From positions 85,746,001-85,810,000 of the forward strand of contig OX597820.1 of assembly GCA_951406725.2 (NCBI GenBank): a stretch of DNA of 64,000 bases, written 5' to 3'. The position numbers and the translations under genes were made by a program. Source of the DNA: Octopus vulgaris (taxonomy: Eukaryota). Shown piece after piece: positions 56,524 to 64,000 of the stretch (the first letter of the stretch is position 1; the number at the start of each line of letters is the position of its first letter). The notes below the pieces were generated by a model. That model was not told the origin of the DNA and did not search any database. It was given only the letters and a program-made list of their open reading frames with translations.

Positions 56524-57516
56524 TACCAATCTTATATAGGTATATAGTTAGACAGAGATAGATACATACATACATGTATACATACATAGTGATAGAGAGA
56601 TGGAGATTGAAATGTATATGTGTGAATATATATATTCGTATGTGTCTATGTATGCATGTATGACTAAATCGTTAAGCTTTAAGCTAATACTCTATTTTCT
56701 ATGCCTACTCTCATCTATGATGGCTTGTTGTTCATTATAATAACAGTATATATTTTCGCATGGATATGTGTGTGTGGAGGGGGCATGTATGTAGGTGTAT
56801 ATAATACACATAAATTATTGGGTAGAAAGAATCACCCCCAGTACAAATAATTGAGCGGTTGAGTAGTATATTACTTCTTACAGCATATAACTGGTGAGAA
56901 TGCTGCCGTTCTTTACGTGTGGAATGCTCAGCTAATATTGGCAATGCTTAGGATATGCTGACCGCAAGAGCATAACGTATTTGTAGAATCTGTGATTTGG
57001 TGGATGTTCAAAAACAAAATAGAGTGAATAAATTGAAACAGTTTTTCTGGAGGAAAAGAACATTTGCTTCCCATGCAATGCTTTTAGCCATTGGTTAAAC
57101 GTGTAAGTCCTGCATACATGTACATACGTCCGAAAATGCACATGGCAACGTAACTAAAACAAAATTGCTCTTGGGATAAAAATTATTAGATTTTAAGAAA
57201 TCACCCGCATCTTGTGACAATTTGACTGTGATTCATCTCTACGCCAAGCAGATCCTGCTTCGTCTAATGCCTTTCCTATACGTCCAGACCATTCCAATCA
57301 GCTTCTCGTTGATTTTTTAAACTGTTTCTTCCTCTTTTAATGTGGTTAACCATCCATCATTGTGCCTCTTGGAGTCTAAATGAAGACTTGCTAAATGAAG
57401 ATCTGCTTGGTCCTAATGGGGCCCTCCGTTGACCCGACATACTTTTGAGAATTTCCTACACTTATGTGCCTGTGAAAAATATTTAAGAAATCTACGGAAG
57501 GGTCTTTCCTTCACCC

Positions 57517-57575
<59 letters not shown>

Positions 57576-58589
57576 TTAGGAAGCCAGAAATCTTTACTGT
57601 GGCACTTTCTTTCAAAATGTTAGGGCTTGGCATAAAATCATACTGTTTTTCAATCCGTTGGCTGTCAGAATCTCAATATAATAGGGGCGGAAACCTCCTC
57701 GTGATCCTCTTTAAAATATCGATCTTTGATAGGGTGCTATATTAATGCACGACAGCTTTTCGTAGGCTTGCGATAATGACTGCATGAGACTGTACCTAAA
57801 TTGTGCAAATCGTCTACATAATAATAAAAAAAAAATTGGTCTACATAATAATAAAAAGCTCTCGGGAATTAAGCGTATATCTCTTTCTAAGCCTGTCCAT
57901 GTTGTACCCGATCACACCCCTAGAAATGGTTAAAGCATCGTATGTAGAGAAGTCAAAGACTTTTGTAGATATCTTCATATATAATTAGATATGCAAATAC
58001 TAGCAACTACAAGTGACCTTCTTTACATACACATATACACGCATCTTTTTGAATGTATGTGTATGTGTCCTCCTGTGTATGTGAGAGAGAGAAAAATGAG
58101 AGAGAGAGAGAGAGAGAACCAGAGAAGATGATGATCATTGGGAGTACATTCTTTTAAAAGGCCTGCATACATGTGAACTTACGAATATTTGAGGATATAT
58201 GTTTATAGAACCGTATAAATTCTATTGTCAATATATTAATGTATATATATGCACATACACACACACACATAGACACAAACACGCACATAGATACGTATTA
58301 ATATATATATGTGTGCGTTTGTGCATGCGTATAGTTAGTATATTTGTAACCTGTATGCAACTCAACAGTAAGCAATTATATTAGGCAGTGCGTATATTCA
58401 TCGTTTGAGATAAATGTATAGAGTAAAAATGCATGAATAATTGAAACTAAAATCCATGTAAAACAGGACATAACAAAGTAGAATTAGATGATTGATTGTC
58501 CGAAAAGTCTGGTACAAGCAAGATGCTGGGCGCTGTAGAAGCCGCTTGATACACGTACGGGATATGGAAGTGAAGAGTCATATGCAATG

Positions 58590-60100
58590 TACAGGTGGGG
58601 AAAATGAAAAATGAGGAGAAATAAGAAGAGGGAAACAATGATATAGTGAATGCGTGTGTGTGATATTATATAAGTGAACATGAGAAAAAGTGGGAAATTT
58701 TAAAGGTATAGTGAGTGGATAAAGATGTGCAGTCCGAAAATAAAATGAAGAATTATGAAAGAAAGAAGGAAAGAGAGAGAGAGAGTGTGAGAGATGGTTT
58801 GAGAGAGAAAAAACAGAAACCATGAACATGTGAAAATAAGAAAGGGAAGGGAATGGAAATGAAAAAGAGAGTGAATGTGTAGGGCGATATAGATTGAGAT
58901 GAACTGTAAATGATAGGGAGAAAGTGAAGAAGAAAACTGTTGAAGAAGGAATGTGAAAGAGAATGAGGAACGAATTAAAGATTCAGCGAGAAACGTAGAG
59001 AGATATAGAAAACATGGAAGATAGAGATAGCAAAATAGAAGGAGGGACGAGGGAAATTTAGAGGAACTAAATGGTGAAAACATGTAAATTGATAGAACTA
59101 TATAGAAAATAATAGATAGGCATGCAAAGAAATGTGGTAGGTGAACGAGAAATTGGCAGAAGAGGTGAGGGAGACTTCAAATAAAGATGTAGAAATCTAA
59201 AGAAATATTGGAGAGAGAGGATGCATTCAATAGGGAAACAGAATAAGGATAAAGAATGAATATTGAACGTATAGAAATGCTTAAAGTTAAGGTGGATATG
59301 AATCATAAATCAAAGAGAGAGAACAAAAGGGAAGTCGAGTCATGTAGAGAAATGTAGGAGGAAAAGGATATGCAAAAGTGCAGGTGAGAGGAGGAAGAGT
59401 ACTTGAGAGGGGGCGTGAGAATAAAAGATTGTGTAAGACCTTTACTGCAATTTAGAAGAGTGAATACAAAAGAGAGAACAGAGGAAGTGGAAGAAAGAGG
59501 AAGAAAGAGGAAGAAACAGTAAAGAATTTAAAAGGTGGGCCAAGAGAAATGTAGAAAAAGACGGTGGGCAAAAGAGAAATAGTGAATATAGGGATGGGAG
59601 TTGTATAAATGCTTAAAAAATGTAGAATAAGAGTGAAAGTATGAGGCATAGAGGTACTAAGGAAATCAGAGAGGATTATAGAGGTGATGTGTGGGGTGTG
59701 TAGGATGAGAAATTTAAAGAATTGTTGATTATATGAGGAAAATTCTAAAGGGAAGGGTAATTGGAGTGGCGAGAGAGATACTAGGATAGTTGGAATGACC
59801 TTGATATCAAAAGTGAAATTGAAACTAAAGAGTAAGAAAATTAATGCCGAGAGAAAATGTATGTGTTTAGTGGGGTGAGTAAGAGTGAGATAATGGTGGG
59901 AGAGAAGAAATAATGTGTGGGAGAAGGTGAATCAGATTGGGAAGGTGATACTTATCCAGGAGAAAAAAGAAAACAAGGAGAGAATTATAAGAGACAAAGA
60001 TAGAGGCGAGATGGAAAGGCAATTAAAATACGAACTACTGTGAATGGGTGGAAAAACGTGGAAATAGCAATTGTGAAAGAAGGAAAATATTAAGATACGA
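58590..60100. other. 1.5-kb purine-skewed (GA-rich) low-complexity tract
   Basis: Plus strand strongly depleted in C; no simple periodicity seen. Confidence 0.8.
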
Positions 60101-60990
60101 AAGCGAAAATCCGTACACGCATACACACAGACACACACACACACACACATAAAATGTTTGTGCGTATGTGTGCGTATGGTGTGTAGTGAGGGTTAAATGC
60201 ATGCATATTCACATACACACACATATACATACAGATATATATGTATATATATATATACACTTTTGCACACATACATGTGTAGGTTTGTAAAAATGTATGT
60301 ATAATGGTTTATATATGCGTGATTATTTGTGAGAGAGCGTTCAAAATTAAGTAGCTTGACGGGGTTTAGGTGGTGCGATAGAGGTTTTTAAAGATTAGGC
60401 GAAAGCAGCAGATTTAGACTGAAAACTATAGCTTGATTAATTCTGTTTGTCTAGAGACTGGCGATGTAGGATTAACGATACTTGAGACGTTCAAGAATCA
60501 ATGAATGAAAAAGCGAAATGCGTAATGCGTATATTTTACTTGCTGTCACGTAGAGCCGAGCAGGTTTATAACTTAGAAGTATTTTGTGGTTTATTCTAAA
60601 AGCCATTTCACGAAACTGACACAAGCAGTAATATCCATAAAACAATATCTCTATTTTTCTAAAATTAATCTGTCGGCTTCAGTAAAGATAAAGTTTAGAA
60701 CAAAATGAATGTACCAAAAAAAAAAAAAATAATAATAAATAACAGTAAGTGAAATATTGCCAATTATGAAACTTTGTTATTTGTTTAATGGTAAAGGCAG
60801 TTAATAACTTTAGTTTTTGTTGTTGTTAATTTCGGGAGGGGTGCGTGGAGGGACTTTTAAAATCTCAAAGAAGACGTATATTCCTATATATGATCGAAAC
60901 TAGGTACCAGGCAAGATATCTGTGGACAATGGTATCATGTAGTCAATCTATTATTCATGTGTTTTTGGCTGTGTACAAACGTTAAAAATA

Positions 60991-60991
<1 letters not shown>

Positions 60992-61021
<30 letters not shown>

Positions 61022-61075
61022 GAGTGAGAGAGCAGTGCATGCCATCAAAGTGACTTATTATTATTATTATTATTA

Positions 61076-61116
<41 letters not shown>

Positions 61117-61188
61117 GTTATTATTATTGTTGTTGTTGTTGTTCTTGTTGTTCTTGTTATTATTAAAATTATCATCATCATCATCATA

Positions 61189-61244
<56 letters not shown>

Positions 61245-61261
61245 TATTATTATCAGTATTA

Positions 61262-61340
<79 letters not shown>
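60992..61340. repeat. (TAT)n-dominated compound microsatellite containing a 35-bp retroposon end
   Basis: Direct inspection; 61020-61054 matches the reverse complement of 38236-38270. Confidence 0.95.
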
Positions 61341-61342
<2 letters not shown>

Positions 61343-62069
61343 TTGCTGCAGAACACTCAACACCGGTAAAACCACCTGCAACAACACCAGACATTAACCA
61401 TCCTAGGAGGAAACGAGAGAAGCTCTCCCACCTCCACACGAAAACAAAAATACACAACATTAAAACATGCGCAAATACACACAGCAACAGACCCTTCATC
61501 TTCCAGCGATGAAGATGAAGGAAAACCAAAATGTCCCAAAAACAAAAGTAAAACTCCACAAAGTATCACAACACCCACAATAATAATAAAAAAATGCAGA
61601 CACCACTCGCAAACTATCTGCCCGAAAACACCAACACCAACACAAACACCATCACTATCACCAGAATCCCGCAAACGCAAACAACCTAAACACGCACACA
61701 AACAAATTAAACATCACCAACACAAAACACCCGAATTCGTACTCATCAGAAGGAACAACGGAATCTGATGGTCCTCGTAACACAAAACACGGGATTTGAA
61801 ACGTGAGGTGAGGCTGATATTCGAATAGAACACATTTCGCGTACCAGCAGATTTACTTCTGGTGCGAATGTTACTCCATTCCTAGACAAAAATTCGAGAG
61901 AGCTTTCCAGAGGACGTGAGAACACCGAACGTGAGACGCACATCGAGACTCTTAAAAGCGTTCCCAAAACACACTCCACAATTATGGACGCCGAACCAAC
62001 CGACCTTCACAAGACACCAGAAGGTAAGTTAGCCTTCTCTTCTCTATTTAGCTTGCCAACATAGCCACA

Positions 62070-62607
62070 CTAAGAGTAGGATTTTCGAATGTTCAAGGCC
62101 TGTGGTCGTGCTGGTAACAGGGGCTCCTCCTCAATGACATAAAATTGCTGACAGTAAAACCAGAATTTCCAAAACAGGAGCAGTGGCCCCCATCTTCGAC
62201 GACTCTCGGATCTTTGCATGTTAATCGACCGGGAGTGGGAAGTGGAGTGGCAGTGCTGTTTATGAAAGAACTGGATGTCGAAGTAAAGTCGATATTCCGG
62301 GATCCGGACGGGACGTTTGTGGTCCTGGACGTGAACAATGGACTGGTGGCTGTGTTCGCTCCTGGCGGTGCCAAACTGTTAGAGTTCTTTAAACATCTGA
62401 AAGCGCTTTACTGTTAGTAGGGGACTGGAACGGAATGTGAGGTCAACGCTGGGATTGTGTGGGAGTGGCCGATAGAAGAGAGGGGTGCAAAAGCCTCAAG
62501 CAACTGATCAGACAGTTCTAACTGCCTGACAGGTACCGACAAGATTTCCCTCATGCGCCCGTATGGACCTGGACCAACCGCTTAGGGTCATCTTGATCGT
62601 ATATATA

Positions 62608-62663
<56 letters not shown>

Positions 62664-64000
62664 ATATTAACTAGTAAAATAGATAGTAATAGTGTAAGAT
62701 GTCCAAGTTTTAAAACTGTTGACTATTCAGACCATAAGTTTGTAATCTTTACAGTGGACCTAGATAAAACCTGTAGGTTAGGACCCGAGTACTGGAAGCT
62801 GAACATGTCGTTTCCGGCACGTAAGGCGTATAGGGACCGAGTCAGCAATTTAGTTAAGGTGATGTTAACAGGGAGTGTCATCACCAACAGGTGGTGGGCG
62901 GCTCTCAAAAGGGAGATTAGAGTAACATCGATCAGTTTTAGTAAAGAAATAGCGTTAGAAAAACCGAAAGGGGACAGGGTTATTAGCTAAAGTAGACGAG
63001 GCTGTTTCTAGTGGAATTGCAACCGACGTTCTATCAGTGAGAATGACATTAGACCGTTCTTCTATGTGAAATATGAAGTATGTATTTTCAGGCGCGTGCA
63101 CTAAATAACGAAACGATTGAAACAATTCGATGAGCCCGCGTAGCGAATGCACAGCGTGGTAACAAAACCACAATTCGAGGACACGAGCTTAGCGATCCAG
63201 GCAGATGTGTGAGACCTTTCGCCAACACATTGCTCGGATGTTCGGAGAGAGTAGCGGCGATGGATGGTGGTGGACTTCTGTCCCTACCTTGACGGTTTGC
63301 CGCGACCCCCGACAGCCGGCGCTGAGCGCTGTGAAAGGCAGGTAACTACAGCCGAATTTCAGGATGCCCTTATCGGCTGCACGAGGCGCATGTCACTCGG
63401 TTTAGATGGTCGGCCCTATGAACTCTACGTAAATATGCCAGATTTGTTCTCCGATCTCCACGAAGAGCTCTACTGCAACTAGCAGCAGAATGGGAGTATT
63501 CCTTGTTCTGTGAGCCGGGGCGTAGCGACGCTGATAAGGAAAGACGAAAACAAGAGGGACACATTATATAACTTCATGCTCATATCTCAGAGTTTAAGAT
63601 TTTGGGCAAGGTATTAGCAAAGGGACTGGTGCTTGTTGTCGACGATTTCATTGGGGAGGCGCAAACCTGCGCAATCCCGAGGAGGTCCATACACGACAAC
63701 CTCCACCTCATCCGACACATCATAGAAAGAGTAAGGTGTAAACCTGGCTTTAGTGGGACGCTTATCAATTGAGTTAAATTGGACGTATTCGGTAGGGTCA
63801 ACCACCGATATCTAGAGGTTATCCTCAAAGCGTCTGACTTTGGCCCCGTCTTCAGAGGTTCGATCGCTGTAATGCACTGGGATATGAGCTCGGTGGTGAA
63901 AATTGATAGCCACCTCTCGGAACCGTTGCAGATCTCCCGATTGGTTCGTCAAGGTTGCCCTCTCTCCTCCCTTCTGTATGTATTGACTCTTCAGCATTTA
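62070..64000 (+). pseudogene. Tx1/L1-clade LINE ORF2 (APE endonuclease + RT), degraded, runs off the window; 61342-62060 may be an ORF1 remnant
   Basis: GFSNVQGL; GSGVAVLF; DPDGTFVVLD; VGDWN; VWTWTN; YSDHKFV; YWKLNMS; SLGLDGRPYELY; FKILGKVLA; QTCAIPRRSIHDNLHLIR; VRQGCPLSSLLY. Confidence 0.92.

Overview
AT-rich, microsatellite-dense animal genomic DNA. The SINE families and repeat content suggest an octopus-like cephalopod (inference). I found no host protein-coding exon; almost all ORF-track calls are microsatellite translations. The window is mostly transposon debris: one 5'-truncated Penelope-like element (RT + GIY-YIG, 21.2-23.5 kb), mariner and maT-type Tc1/mariner remnants, Helitron remnants, R4/Dong-like LINE pieces, a Tx1/L1-like LINE at the right edge and many tRNA-derived SINEs. 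The main hidden signal is about 12 well-formed type I hammerhead ribozyme motifs plus several decayed ones. They sit in Penelope-type termini and non-coding fold-back elements, mostly beside (TA)n tracts. Their catalytic cores show all four Watson-Crick pairings at positions 3-8 (C-G, U-A, A-U, G-C), and most have palindromic stem III regions of the dimer type. All folds and translations were done by eye; coordinates of decayed repeats are approximate.
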